Part shown: positions 20,071-31,701 of the stretch, piece by piece | Numbering within the stretch: position 1 is the first letter of the stretch | Layout: each line of letters opens with the position of its first letter | Origin: Gammaproteobacteria bacterium | GTDB taxonomy: Bacteria > Pseudomonadota > Gammaproteobacteria > JBCCGL01 | Reading direction: 5' to 3' | NCBI GenBank assembly: GCA_965277715.1 | Contig: OZ255836.1 | Coordinates: 640,001-704,000 of the forward strand | DNA length: 64,000 nt | Notes under the pieces: model-generated | The model's input: only the letters and a program-made list of their open reading frames with translations | Told to the model about the DNA's origin: nothing | Database searches by the model: none | Translations under genes and position numbers: made by a program

Positions 20071-21966
20071 ATGTCAGATCTACTCAACACAGCGGTAAGC
20101 GGCCTGTTCGTGGCCCAACAGCAACTGGCCACTACCAGCCACAATATTTCCAATATTGGCACTGACGGTTATAGCCGCCAGCGCGTCGAGCTACAGGCCC
20201 AAACCCTCCGATTAAACAACCGCTTCAATATTGGTAACGGTGTTCTCACCAGTGATATTAACCGTATCCACGATGCGTTCACCACGACCCAGCTACGTGA
20301 TGTCACCTCCGAGCAAAGTCGGCTGAATACCTTTCACCAGCTCGCCAGTGTCGTCGATGATCTGCTTGCCGACCCACAGGGTGGCATTACCCCGATACTG
20401 CAAAACTTCTTTTCCGGCGTACAGGATTTAGCCAATGACCCGAATTCAGCGGCGGCCCGTATCGCACTGCTGGACCAGGCCGGTGCACTGACCGCACGGT
20501 TTGCCTATATGGACAGGCACCTCAATACGCTACAGAGCGATCTGAGCAGTCGCGCCACTGCCACAGTCAATGAGATTAATCGGCTGTCCGGGGCATTATT
20601 TGCCACCAATCAGGATATCCTCGCCGCTCGTGGCAATACTTCAGGCCCACCCCCGGATCTACTCGATCGGCGCGATACCCTATTGCGTGAACTGAGCGAG
20701 CGGGTTTCGATACAGGCGGTCGAAGTGGCCGGTGGTGCGGTCAATGTCTTTGTTGGCCAGGGGCAAGCCCTGTTAACCGAGGGTGTGAACAATACCCTGA
20801 GTACTTCGCTGGACCCCAGTGACCCCAGCGTGTTGCGCATTGCGGTCAATAGTGGCACTCGCCTGGTCGATGTGACCGGCAGTATTGCAGGGGGCGAGCT
20901 GGGGGGTATCTTCAATTTTCGCAATACTGTGATCGATGGTGTGCGCAATGGCCTGGGTCGCGTTGCTGTGGGGCTGGCCACGCTGTTTAATCAACAACAC
21001 CAGGCAGGTCTCGATCAAAATGGGGCGTTAGGGGGGAATTTCTTTTCGCTCGGTACGCCCTCTGTTCTCACCAATGCGGGTAATACGGGCACTGCCACTG
21101 CCAGCGCACAGATTAGTAATGTCAACCTGTTAACGACAAACAACTACACCTTGCGGTTTGATGGCAGTAACTGGACACTGGCCAGTGCAAACGCCAGCAG
21201 CAGTGTGGTGGGCGCGGGGCCAACGCTGGCACTGGATGGCCTGAGCGTCACACTGGCCGGTGGTGCTGCGGTGGCGGGGGATAGCTTTTTAATTAAACCC
21301 ACGCTCGGCGCGGCGGGTAGCCTCGGCGTGGCTATTTCACGCCCGGAGGCGATTGCCACGGGGTTGCCGATTCGCAGCGCCGCCTCATTGGCCAATACGG
21401 GCAGCGGTGATATCAGTACAGGCACCGTCGTCACTGCGGGCAATGCCAATTTACGCGACCCGGTAACCCTGCAGTTCAATACCCCCCCGACCACCTTCAA
21501 TATTCTCAATAGCACCACAGGTGCCGTTCTGGCGGCGGCACAGCCCTACACCACAGGGGCGAACATTGCCTTTAATGGTTGGCAGGTGCAGATTAGCGGC
21601 ACGCCATCGGCAAATGACCGGTTTAGCATTGAGGCGAACACCGCCGGGGTGTCAGATAATAACAATGTATTGGCCCTGGCCAATTTACAAAATACCGGCG
21701 TCTTTGATGCCGGTGGCACTAATCTTCAGGAAGCCTATAGCGAAGTGGTGGCGGATGTGGGGTCGCAAACCCGCTTTGCCGATATCAACCGCAGCGCCCA
21801 AACGGTGTTACAGCAGACCCTTAATGACCGGCGTGAATCTATTTCCGGGGTTAATCTCGACGAAGAGGCCGCCGACCTGGTGCGGTTTCAGCAGGCTTAC
21901 CAGGCGGCGGCGCGTGCTATCAGTACCGCCCAGGAAATTTTCCAAACCCTGATCGGTTCCTTCTGA
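20071..21966 (+). CDS. flgK: Flagellar hook-associated protein FlgK
   Basis: TTSHNISN...GYSRQRV, SGVNLDEEAADLVRFQQAYQAAA. Confidence 0.96.
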   Translation: MSDLLNTAVSGLFVAQQQLATTSHNISNIGTDGYSRQRVELQAQTLRLNNRFNIGNGVLTSDINRIHDAFTTTQLRDVTSEQSRLNTFHQLASVVDDLLADPQGGITPILQNFFSGVQDLANDPNSAAARIALLDQAGALTARFAYMDRHLNTLQSDLSSRATATVNEINRLSGALFATNQDILAARGNTSGPPPDLLDRRDTLLRELSERVSIQAVEVAGGAVNVFVGQGQALLTEGVNNTLSTSLDPSDPSVLRIAVNSGTRLVDVTGSIAGGELGGIFNFRNTVIDGVRNGLGRVAVGLATLFNQQHQAGLDQNGALGGNFFSLGTPSVLTNAGNTGTATASAQISNVNLLTTNNYTLRFDGSNWTLASANASSSVVGAGPTLALDGLSVTLAGGAAVAGDSFLIKPTLGAAGSLGVAISRPEAIATGLPIRSAASLANTGSGDISTGTVVTAGNANLRDPVTLQFNTPPTTFNILNSTTGAVLAAAQPYTTGANIAFNGWQVQISGTPSANDRFSIEANTAGVSDNNNVLALANLQNTGVFDAGGTNLQEAYSEVVADVGSQTRFADINRSAQTVLQQTLNDRRESISGVNLDEEAADLVRFQQAYQAAARAISTAQEIFQTLIGSF

Positions 21967-23174
21967 TGCGTGTATCCACCGCGCAGATATACGCACAAGG
22001 GCTACGCGGATTTCAAACCCAGCAGACGAATATTGCGCGGTTACAACTGCAGTTATCCTCGGGTGAAAAGCACCTGCGCCCCTCAGATGACCCGACAGAG
22101 GTGGCGCGCAGCCTGGAATTGGACCAAATCGTCTCGCGCACCACTCAGTACCTGGACAACACCAATGCCGCCGAGAGCCGTCTGCAACTGGAGGAGAGTA
22201 CCCTGGCCAGCGTCAACAATAGCCTCATCCGTGTGCGTGAGCTGGCCGTGCAGGGGGCCTCGACGATTCTCCCACAGGACGCCCGTCAGGCGCTGGTCAT
22301 TGAACTGCGCGAGCGCGTCAGCGAGTTATTTTCACTGGCTAACAGCGTCGACCCCCAGGGGGACTACCTGTTTGCCGGTAACCAGGGCAACAGCCTGCCG
22401 CTGACCCAACGCAGTGTGAGTGGCTACACATTGACCGAGTTTGTCGGTGATCAGGGGAGCCGACGCGTACAGGTGAGTGAATCCGATCAAATCGAAACCG
22501 GTGATTCCGGTAGCGATGTCTTTTTTAAAATCCCCAGCAGCTATGCCGCGCACGCCGTTGCCGAGTTGAGCAATACCGGCAGTGGGCAGGTTGCACCGGT
22601 ATTTCGCAGTGGCGCGGCGCCCGTCACGGGCAACAACTACCGTATCGACTTCACCTCGGCCACTACCTTCAACATCGTCAATGAAACCACCGCTGCCACC
22701 GTCAGCAGTGGCTTGACGTATACGAGTGGTCAATCGATCGAATTCGAGGGCTTGCGCACCACCCTCACCGGCACCCCGGCCAGTGGCGATGTATTTCGTG
22801 TGCGCAATGGGCAATACCAGGATGTCTTTACCACACTGAACAAAATGATCCTGGCGCTGGAAAATGGCGCAGCGACAGAAGCGGATCGGAATAGGCTCAC
22901 TACCTCCATGCAACAATCGATAGACGACATTGATAATGCCCTAACGCATGTGAATACCTTTCGCACACGGATTGGCGGTCGCATCAACATCATCGATGCC
23001 CACCGCGAACAAAGTGAGGCGTACCTGGTTGATGCGCGCTCGGCTATCTCATTATTACGTGATGTCGACTACGCTGAGGCGGTGACCACTTTGCAGCAAA
23101 ATACCCTGTCGCTACAGGCGGCCCAGGCGGCTTTTGCGCGGCTTGAGGGGAATAGTCTGTTTAATTTTTTGTAA
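21966..23174 (+). CDS. flgL: Flagellar hook-associated protein FlgL
   Basis: MRVST, RPSDDP, YLFAG, DVDYAEA, SLFNFL. Confidence 0.96.
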   Translation: MRVSTAQIYAQGLRGFQTQQTNIARLQLQLSSGEKHLRPSDDPTEVARSLELDQIVSRTTQYLDNTNAAESRLQLEESTLASVNNSLIRVRELAVQGASTILPQDARQALVIELRERVSELFSLANSVDPQGDYLFAGNQGNSLPLTQRSVSGYTLTEFVGDQGSRRVQVSESDQIETGDSGSDVFFKIPSSYAAHAVAELSNTGSGQVAPVFRSGAAPVTGNNYRIDFTSATTFNIVNETTAATVSSGLTYTSGQSIEFEGLRTTLTGTPASGDVFRVRNGQYQDVFTTLNKMILALENGAATEADRNRLTTSMQQSIDDIDNALTHVNTFRTRIGGRINIIDAHREQSEAYLVDARSAISLLRDVDYAEAVTTLQQNTLSLQAAQAAFARLEGNSLFNFL

Positions 23175-23267
23175 GGCGCGGTTGAGTGTTTACCCTGTGA
23201 TTCGACCGCTTTTCCTCTTTCTGTAAACGCGCTGAGACACTCTCTGTGTTGCCGATTAAATTTTCAC

Positions 23268-23294
23268 TCAAGCTCCGCGTGTGTTGGCCGTTAT
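23268..23294 (+). promoter_or_regulatory. Putative sigma28 promoter of the diguanylate cyclase
   Basis: TCAA-N15-GCCGTTAT; a second GCCGATTA at 23251-23258. Confidence 0.6.
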
Positions 23295-23336
23295 CCGGGT
23301 GTTGCCAAGAAACAAATTCTTTGCCAGGGAAACACT

Positions 23337-24899
23337 ATGACCGTTAGCCAATTTATGTCGAAAAAAGATGAGCAACCCAAAAAACAACAGCCCATCACGT
23401 CAAAAGCAAAACAGTCAATCGCCAAAAAGCCAACCGGTGAGGCATTTGCTAACAACCGGTTTCAAACGATTGCACAGCGGGCGCCTGTGCTGTTATGGAC
23501 GTGTGATAAGCAAGGGGAATTGACGTTTACCAATGATAAATGGAAGGCGTTTCTCGGGGTAAGCAGTCGCCGTAAACTGCGCGATCAATGGCTGGCGGCT
23601 ATCCACCATGAGGATCGGGAGGTTTATACCGAGGCGATAAGCTGGTGTTTGTTAGGGCAGCGCTCAATGGATGTTGAGTACCGTATTACCCGCAGTGATG
23701 GTGAGATACGCTGGCTGAGCGATTCTGCAGAAGCGCTGGCGGATGCACAGGGGCGATTTACCGGGTTGATTGGCACGATGGTGGATATTACCGATAACCG
23801 CCGACACCTTGCCACCCTGCGCCACTCGAATGAAGAGGCGAGGGCACACGAACGTGAAAATAGGCTGATCGATAAGATGAACAGCTATTTACAGGTGTCC
23901 CTCTCAATGAGAGAAACTTACCCCGTGATGGATTATTACCTGCAGCGGGTATTTACAGGGTGTTCCGGCGCGCTGTATTTATTTAACGAAAACAAAACTG
24001 TTGTGGAGCCTGTGGTTAGCTGGGGGGTGGCAGAAAGTGTCAGTTATGTGCTCGACCCCAGTGCCAGCTGGGCATTGCGCAAGGGTAAAGTGCATGAGGT
24101 GATTGAAGCCGGGCACGGTATGTTGTGTGATTTTCTCGATGAGCATCCCCCTCATGGATATATTTGTGTGCCGGTGATTGCCCAGGGGGACATGATCGGT
24201 ATGCTGCATATTCAATATGCGCAGGTGCCGACCGATTTTACGGCGGATGAAGTCGAGCATCACTATAACGCCAGGCGCAGGTTGGCGATCATTACGGCTG
24301 ATAATCTCGCTCTGGCACTGGTCAGTTTGAAATTGCGTGAGGCGTTAAAGCAGCAGTCGGTAAAAGATCCTTTAACGCAGCTTTATAATCGGCGTTATAT
24401 GTCTGATTCACTGGAGCGTGAGTTTGCCCGTTGTCGGCGGGCGAGTTGGGAGTTGAGTGTTATCCTTATCGATATCGATCATTTTAAGCGCTATAACGAT
24501 GAATTTGGGCACGATGCCGGTGATTTGGTGTTAAAGGAGCTGGCGGAGTTTATTCGCTGCCATATGCGCGCTGAGGATATTGCCTGCCGTTTTGGTGGAG
24601 AGGAGTTTTTGCTGTTGTTGCCAGGGGCGGCGCTCGATGAAGCGAAGAAGCGCGCAGAGCAGTTGCGCGAGGGTGTCAAGCAGTTGAATATTCGTTATCA
24701 GGGGGCGCGGTTGAATAATATTGCTATTTCTGCTGGCGTTGCGGCGTGTCCGGCTAATGGTGAAAATGAGACGGCTTTGTTTAAAGCGTCAGATCGTGCG
24801 CTTTATCTGGCCAAGCAGAATGGCCGGGATAAGGTGTGTGTTGCGGTGACTACTGCGCGCAGTGGTGAAGGTGATGTGGTGCATTCGGTGGTGAATTGA
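23337..24899 (+). CDS. PAS-GAF-GGDEF diguanylate cyclase
   Basis: PAS (IHHEDR, DGEIRW), GAF-like middle, DPLTQLYNRR, DIDHFK, RAED I-site, GGEEF. Confidence 0.92.
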   Translation: MTVSQFMSKKDEQPKKQQPITSKAKQSIAKKPTGEAFANNRFQTIAQRAPVLLWTCDKQGELTFTNDKWKAFLGVSSRRKLRDQWLAAIHHEDREVYTEAISWCLLGQRSMDVEYRITRSDGEIRWLSDSAEALADAQGRFTGLIGTMVDITDNRRHLATLRHSNEEARAHERENRLIDKMNSYLQVSLSMRETYPVMDYYLQRVFTGCSGALYLFNENKTVVEPVVSWGVAESVSYVLDPSASWALRKGKVHEVIEAGHGMLCDFLDEHPPHGYICVPVIAQGDMIGMLHIQYAQVPTDFTADEVEHHYNARRRLAIITADNLALALVSLKLREALKQQSVKDPLTQLYNRRYMSDSLEREFARCRRASWELSVILIDIDHFKRYNDEFGHDAGDLVLKELAEFIRCHMRAEDIACRFGGEEFLLLLPGAALDEAKKRAEQLREGVKQLNIRYQGARLNNIAISAGVAACPANGENETALFKASDRALYLAKQNGRDKVCVAVTTARSGEGDVVHSVVN

Positions 24900-25008
24900 T
24901 CTGGTGGGATATTTGGTTTGTTGTATGTGGGTAGCGCAGGGTGTTGTTTGTTTGCGCTTCGAGGTTTATGTTTAACTGATTGTTCCGTCAACCTAAATTC
25001 CGTAGTTG

Positions 25009-25224
25009 TCAATAGTGCGGGGGCGGTTGGTTGTCGCTGTCGGTTTGTTCGCTCAGGCGCTGCATGTGGGTTTTTGCCTGGTGGAGTTGTTGCGTTAGGG
25101 TGTCTATTGCCGCTTGTTGGTTGATGATGACCTGGCTCATTTCTTCATTGGCCTGTTCCAATAAAGTTATTTTTATTTCCATTTCATCGGTACGCCGACT
25201 TAATTCAGTTATTTTTTGGGTCAT
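25009..25224 (-). CDS. slyX: SlyX family protein
   Basis: 71-aa coiled coil ending PPPHY. Confidence 0.85.
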   Translation of the reverse strand: MTQKITELSRRTDEMEIKITLLEQANEEMSQVIINQQAAIDTLTQQLHQAKTHMQRLSEQTDSDNQPPPHY

Positions 25225-25311
25225 CTGCGCTTTTAGGTTTATGTGTGTTTTAGTGGTGCAGCCGATCTCTAACGCTGCATTACCGGGAATGATCGTGTTC
25301 CGGCACGCTCT

Positions 25312-25797
25312 TTAGTTGATACGGTAACGTCGGCGTATGCCACGCAAAATAATAAATGCCCAGGGCCACAGTAGTAAGCACATTAGTGAGGGCACGTAGT
25401 AGAGTATGAGGTTGTCAGGCAGTTGACCAATAATGCCGTAAACCCACAGTACCAGTGTTTGCTTTACCAATAATAATACGCTGATTATGACCGCTTGCTG
25501 TCCCAGTGGGGATAGGCGGATTTGTTTGTGGGTGCGGTTGGCGATGTACACGACAACGCATAACCCCACCGCGTGTTGGCCGAGCAGTGAGCCTTGTGCG
25601 ACGTCCAGGATCAACCCGATCATCCAGGCGTTGCCGAGGCCAAATGTGCGTGGCATCGCCAGACACCAGTAGAGGGCGACCATACTTACCCATTCTGGCC
25701 GCATGGGTTTGGCCCATTCTGGCAGTGGTAAAACAACCAATATAAAGGCGACCAGAAAGGTAGTAGGAATGACCCAGATATTGCGTATGTGGATCAC
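25312..25797 (-). CDS. mreD: Rod shape-determining protein MreD
   Basis: RPEW, YWCLAMP, GLILD..GSLLGQHA, RRRY; follows mreC. Confidence 0.95.
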   Translation of the reverse strand: MIHIRNIWVIPTTFLVAFILVVLPLPEWAKPMRPEWVSMVALYWCLAMPRTFGLGNAWMIGLILDVAQGSLLGQHAVGLCVVVYIANRTHKQIRLSPLGQQAVIISVLLLVKQTLVLWVYGIIGQLPDNLILYYVPSLMCLLLWPWAFIILRGIRRRYRIN

Positions 25798-26696
25798 GGT
25801 TTGGCGCCTCCATTGCCTGCGTCTGTTATTGCGTCTGTTGTTTCATCCGTTGCAGTGTCAGGTTTGCTCTGTGGCTGGTTGTGCCATACCAGTAACACTT
25901 CCCGGCTACGGTTAAGTTGGGCGGCGGGGCGTGCGTAGACTTGTGCGAATGATTTGCCGGGCGGTTGTTCGACTGAAATGATATGCGCCACAGGGTAATC
26001 TGCCGGGAAGCGACCACCAAGCCCGGAGGTGACGAGGGTGTCACCCGGCTGAATATCGGCGCTGGATGGGATATGGAGTAATGCCACGGCATCGGTTTTG
26101 CCCAGGCCTGCAATGACACTGCGCAAGCCGTTGCGCACCACTTCCACCGGCACGGCGTGGTCGGGGTCTGATATCAGTAAGGCGGTAGCATTATAGGCGG
26201 ATGTGTGTATAACCTGCCCCATGATGCCGTTTGCATCGATCAAAGGCTGGCCGATATAAACGTTGTCGGTGGTGCCTTTATTGATCACAATCTGTTGTCT
26301 GTAGGGGTCGAGGTCGACGGCGATTTGCTCTGCTACCAGTACATTTTCCTGTACGCGTGCCGAGGAGCCAAGCAGGGCGCGCAGGTGTGTGTTTTCGGTT
26401 GTCAGTGATTCCAGTTTTTGCTGCTTGGCCTGCATCGTTAACAGCGTGGATTTGAGGGCGGCATTTTCTGCCAGCAGTTGTTTGCGTTCGGTAAACGCCT
26501 GGTAACTCCAGCCCACTAGCTGCGCTGGCAGGTTAACCGCGTACTGGATGGGGTAAATAGCGTTGGCGATGTAGGAACGCACGACCTCAAGGTGGCTGAA
26601 GCGGTGGTCTACGGTCATCACCACGATAGAGGCGACGATAAAAATGATTAGCCGAAAGGATGCCGCCGCTTCATGTTGAAAAAGTGGCTGCTGCAT
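25794..26696 (-). CDS. mreC: Rod shape-determining protein MreC
   Basis: N-terminal TM, coiled coil, INKG, GDTLVTSGLGGRFPADYPV. Confidence 0.95.
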   Translation of the reverse strand: MQQPLFQHEAAASFRLIIFIVASIVVMTVDHRFSHLEVVRSYIANAIYPIQYAVNLPAQLVGWSYQAFTERKQLLAENAALKSTLLTMQAKQQKLESLTTENTHLRALLGSSARVQENVLVAEQIAVDLDPYRQQIVINKGTTDNVYIGQPLIDANGIMGQVIHTSAYNATALLISDPDHAVPVEVVRNGLRSVIAGLGKTDAVALLHIPSSADIQPGDTLVTSGLGGRFPADYPVAHIISVEQPPGKSFAQVYARPAAQLNRSREVLLVWHNQPQSKPDTATDETTDAITDAGNGGAKP

Positions 26697-26749
26697 TCAG
26701 GCCGGATTCATTGCGTATTTTCGCAGATAACGGTGGCGCTGCCGGTTGC

Positions 26750-27865
<1,116 letters not shown>

Positions 27866-27903
27866 TTATAGTTGTTTGTCATAGGGATGTATACCTCTTT
27901 AAT

Positions 27904-30090
27904 TTAATGCAGAAACCGATTGATAACATTATCCAATAAATCTGAAATATTATTATTAAAATTATTGTGTGGCAGGCTGCCACAAAAAGTGATCGAGCCA
28001 CTGGCAAATACCGCGCCGCCGCCAGGGTATTCGCAATAGGTCATATCCGCCCGGATGGCGTCTTCGGCTTTGCCGCCGGGCCATACAGTAATGTGCGTGA
28101 GCTGTTCCTCCGGCACTAAAATAAAGGAATCGTCATGCCCTTCTGAGCGGGCGATAACGATGGCATTTTCCGGTGTGCCGAGGCGGGTGTCGGCACGGTC
28201 CAGTTCAAAGCCTGCGGCGCCGCCGCCGCTGAGGCCAAAATCACCAAGAACGGTATCATCGATACCCGCAAGAATCCACGCCGCCGCCGGGGCATCCGCC
28301 CCCGCAGCGCGCCGATAATAACTGCCCTGAAACTGCCCCTGACCGGAAAAACCAACGGCGGCGAGCTGTTGAGGTGGCCTGCCATTGCGCCGCCACAGAC
28401 CACCGTAATGGCCATCAAACGCATTGTAGTATTCACCTGGTTCGGAGGCCCAGGCGCGAATGCCGCCCTCACCCCGGCGAATTTCAATTGTGTTTGGGTG
28501 CTCGCTGTGCAGCGCCACACGCCAGTAAAAACCGTTGCCGCCCAGGTACATCAGCTTTCCGCCGTTATCGCGGTATTGTTGCAGGGCGTCGAGGGTTTCC
28601 TGGGTGTGGTATTCCGGGTGGCTGCCCGTGGTCACGGCCTTATATCCCTCAAGGGCTGAATGACCTTCCTGGTGCAGCTCCCAGTCGGTGATGATGTCGT
28701 AGTCGTGATGCTTATTTTCCAGCCAGGCGATTAAGTGGCTATCGGCCTGAAAATGGCGCAGGCCGGAACCTTCACCGTAACCAAAGGTGAGGTAGCCAGC
28801 GCGCAGGTTGAGCAATGGCCGTTGTGATGAGGCATGGCAGATACCACTCCCGTCGTGGTGGTGGTTGTAAGTCGATAAGCCATACTCGGGGTGCTCGGCG
28901 GGGTTCCACGGGTAGGCGTTCCAGGCGTCGATGCGGGCTTTCCAGTCCGGGTGGAAATCGGGGCGTGCGTGGTTGCCGTAAACGGTGTAGGTAAATGTCG
29001 ACACCAGCACGCATAAATCGGCGCGGCGCTGATTTTTGGGTGGGCAGACAAAAAAGGGCAGGTTGTCCTGGTATTCACCGCAGCGTATACGCACTGCGTA
29101 AATGCCGCTGGGCAGGGCTTCGGGGAGGGTGAAGCTGAAGTCGGTATGCCAACCGAAATCGACAATATCATCGCTGTGGAAGTGAATCGCCGCGTAGTGT
29201 TGCGGTGCGTGCCGCCAGGCCATTTCTGTGCCGTCCCAGCGGGCGCCGGTCATCCCGCGTGCCGGAAAGTTGCGCAGTTCGCCGTGTAGCTGGTGTGGGC
29301 CGGTATCAATGATCCGGGTGCGGCTGATGTGTTGACTGAAATCCCATTGGGCGAGTGCACCACCTGTTGGCTGATGGGGGTTGTCGAATTGGCTGGTGGT
29401 GCAGGCGTGTGGGTAAATGGCAGGCGCTTCAATCTTCCCGTTAAAACAATCCAGGGGGTGTTCACTGCAGCGGCTGGCGATGCCAATTTTATTCAGTGCA
29501 AGGTGTGCTGGCGGGGTAATTTCTGCACAGTGGATATGCGGTGTACGCGGGGTATTTAAGGCCTTAAAGCCAACAGACAGTGTATTGTTAAGCGAGTCAA
29601 AACACATCCACACGCGATACCACTGGCGTGCGATCAGGGGCGTGTCACCAAGCGCGACACGCTGCACTGTGCTATCGCCAAGGCTCGCGCCAAGCTGTGC
29701 CTGATCATCGATAAATAGCGTGGCCTGGCAGGTTTCAGCCCCTGTTTCAGTGGTATGTGCGAACGATAAAATGCACTGTTGTCGGGTGCCGGGCAGTGTT
29801 GGCCAGATCAGGGCGGTCAGCGTAAAGCTTTCCAGCGTGAAGGGTTGACCGGTATCAATCAACGCACAGGAACCGGGGTGAAAGGCCTGCTCACGTGAGG
29901 GGTAGGTGCCGGTAAAGTGGGCCTCGACAGATTCTTCAATAATGCCGGGGCCGTCGGGGTTTGGGTCTGCGCAGATAAGGCGCACCAGTTTTGCGCTGTA
30001 GTCCTCCGTTAAGCGACTGCTTATCTTGCAGGCGATGGTGTCACCTGGGCGGGCGGAAAGCTTGTCGGTATAGCCAATTAGAGGGATCAT
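27904..30090 (-). CDS. N,N-dimethylformamidase large (beta) subunit family protein
   Basis: LamG-like N-terminus, AAIHFHSDD, LPSGIYA, TYTVYGNH, GLSTY, GSHPEY, YLGGNGFYW, GFELD, GAVFASGSI. Confidence 0.88.
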   Translation of the reverse strand: MIPLIGYTDKLSARPGDTIACKISSRLTEDYSAKLVRLICADPNPDGPGIIEESVEAHFTGTYPSREQAFHPGSCALIDTGQPFTLESFTLTALIWPTLPGTRQQCILSFAHTTETGAETCQATLFIDDQAQLGASLGDSTVQRVALGDTPLIARQWYRVWMCFDSLNNTLSVGFKALNTPRTPHIHCAEITPPAHLALNKIGIASRCSEHPLDCFNGKIEAPAIYPHACTTSQFDNPHQPTGGALAQWDFSQHISRTRIIDTGPHQLHGELRNFPARGMTGARWDGTEMAWRHAPQHYAAIHFHSDDIVDFGWHTDFSFTLPEALPSGIYAVRIRCGEYQDNLPFFVCPPKNQRRADLCVLVSTFTYTVYGNHARPDFHPDWKARIDAWNAYPWNPAEHPEYGLSTYNHHHDGSGICHASSQRPLLNLRAGYLTFGYGEGSGLRHFQADSHLIAWLENKHHDYDIITDWELHQEGHSALEGYKAVTTGSHPEYHTQETLDALQQYRDNGGKLMYLGGNGFYWRVALHSEHPNTIEIRRGEGGIRAWASEPGEYYNAFDGHYGGLWRRNGRPPQQLAAVGFSGQGQFQGSYYRRAAGADAPAAAWILAGIDDTVLGDFGLSGGGAAGFELDRADTRLGTPENAIVIARSEGHDDSFILVPEEQLTHITVWPGGKAEDAIRADMTYCEYPGGGAVFASGSITFCGSLPHNNFNNNISDLLDNVINRFLH

Positions 30091-30162
30091 GTGGTGGTCG
30101 TATCTGTTTATTTTCAGGCGCTTAGTATTACGCAAAGTGCGTACAAGGGGAAACCGGACATT

Positions 30163-31659
30163 ATGAGTACCGTGACAGTTTTAGAGGGGCGCAGGTTAAC
30201 GCCGGAGATTTTATCGGCGCTGGCCTGCGGGGGCAGCGTATCGATAAGTGCCGGTGGACGGGCGCGTATGTTAGCTGCGCGGGCGCTGATTGATGCAGCG
30301 GTGCAGGAGAAGAGGCCGGTATACGGCGTTACCACCGGTCTTGGTTCCAATGTGGATAAAGTATTGTCTGCGGATGAGCTGGCCACGTTTTCGGTGCAAA
30401 CCTTACGTGGCCGGGCGCAGGCGCTCGGCGCTCCGCTGCCCTGCCGGGTGGTGCGTGCCGCGATGGTTGTGCGTTTGAATACCCTATTGAGCGGCGCGGC
30501 GGGGGCATCGCTGGCGGTTGCCGGGGTGTTGCGTGATTGCATTGGCGCGGGGATTACCCCGGTGGTTGGTGAGAGCGCATCGATTGGGGCCAGCGATTTG
30601 GTGTGGGGGGCGACGATGGGGGTGGCGCTGATGGGCGAGGGGCGTATGCACGATGCGGCTGGCCTGCCCGGTGATGCCTTTGAGGTCTTGCGTGCAGCGG
30701 GTATCGCCCCACTGCAACCCGGCCCCCGCGACGGCCTGGCACTGGCCAGTCACGCCAGCTTTTCTGCGGCGCTGGCGGCGCTGGGTGTCGCCGATGCCCA
30801 GCGGGCGCTGAGTGCGGCACAGTCTGCAGCGGCCTTGTCGATGCAGGGGTTTGTCGCCAATACCTCGCCCTTGCACCCGGATGTATTGGCGTTGTGTGAA
30901 CGACCGGGCGAGGCGCAGGCGGTGGCGGGGCTACGGGCGCTATTGGCTGGCGCTGCCATTGAACAAATGGAAAATGCACGGCGTTTGCAGGATCCGTTGT
31001 CGATTCGCAACCTGGCGCAAATTCACGGCGCTGCGTTTGCGGCCCTGGCGTATGCACGCGAGGCGGCGCAGGCGGATATTAACGGTGCCAGCGATAACCC
31101 GGTGGTGCTGCTTGAGCAGGGGGAGATCGTCTCCGGTGGTGCCTACCATACAACTCATCTGACTATTGCTGTCGATACCTTGTCGCGTGCGTTGGCGCAT
31201 CTCGTCACGGCGCAGCTTGCCCGTATTGGCAAAATGCTCGCGACCCGGTTTACCGGTCTGCCGCAATACCTGGTTGCGCCGGGTTGTGCTGGTAATGGCT
31301 TTGCGCCCCTGCTGAAACCGGCGGAGGCACTGGCGGTGGAGATTGCCCACCTCGCCACCCCTGCACCTGTATGGCCGAGTATCAGTGCCGATGGTGTTGA
31401 GGATGTGATGAGCAGTACGCCTTTAGCGGCGAAATCGTTATTGGCCATTATCGAAAAGTGGCGGCGATTGACGGCAATTGAGATGGTGGTGGCTGTGCAG
31501 GCGATTGAATTGCGTGGGCAGGTTCAGTTGGGGCCGGCACTGACGGTACTGCGGGATCGCGTGCGGGAAATAGTGCCTGTGCTACAGGGTGACCGGTCTT
31601 TAATTGCTGAGATTGAGGTTTTGGCGGGTGGTATTGGTGAGGGGCGTTTTTCGATGTAG
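30163..31659 (+). CDS. Histidine ammonia-lyase superfamily protein lacking the Ala-Ser-Gly MIO motif
   Basis: PVYGVTTGLG, LQDPLSIR, SDNP, GVED; SIGASDL instead of SVGASGDL. Confidence 0.85.
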   Translation: MSTVTVLEGRRLTPEILSALACGGSVSISAGGRARMLAARALIDAAVQEKRPVYGVTTGLGSNVDKVLSADELATFSVQTLRGRAQALGAPLPCRVVRAAMVVRLNTLLSGAAGASLAVAGVLRDCIGAGITPVVGESASIGASDLVWGATMGVALMGEGRMHDAAGLPGDAFEVLRAAGIAPLQPGPRDGLALASHASFSAALAALGVADAQRALSAAQSAAALSMQGFVANTSPLHPDVLALCERPGEAQAVAGLRALLAGAAIEQMENARRLQDPLSIRNLAQIHGAAFAALAYAREAAQADINGASDNPVVLLEQGEIVSGGAYHTTHLTIAVDTLSRALAHLVTAQLARIGKMLATRFTGLPQYLVAPGCAGNGFAPLLKPAEALAVEIAHLATPAPVWPSISADGVEDVMSSTPLAAKSLLAIIEKWRRLTAIEMVVAVQAIELRGQVQLGPALTVLRDRVREIVPVLQGDRSLIAEIEVLAGGIGEGRFSM

Positions 31660-31701
31660 AGGGTGCTATGGGAATCTAAATCTGACGCCTTCATTATCCT
31701 G

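Noticed and set aside
30163-31659. Annotation as hutH
   Set aside because: The ASG MIO motif and the substrate His motif are absent and no other hut genes are nearby
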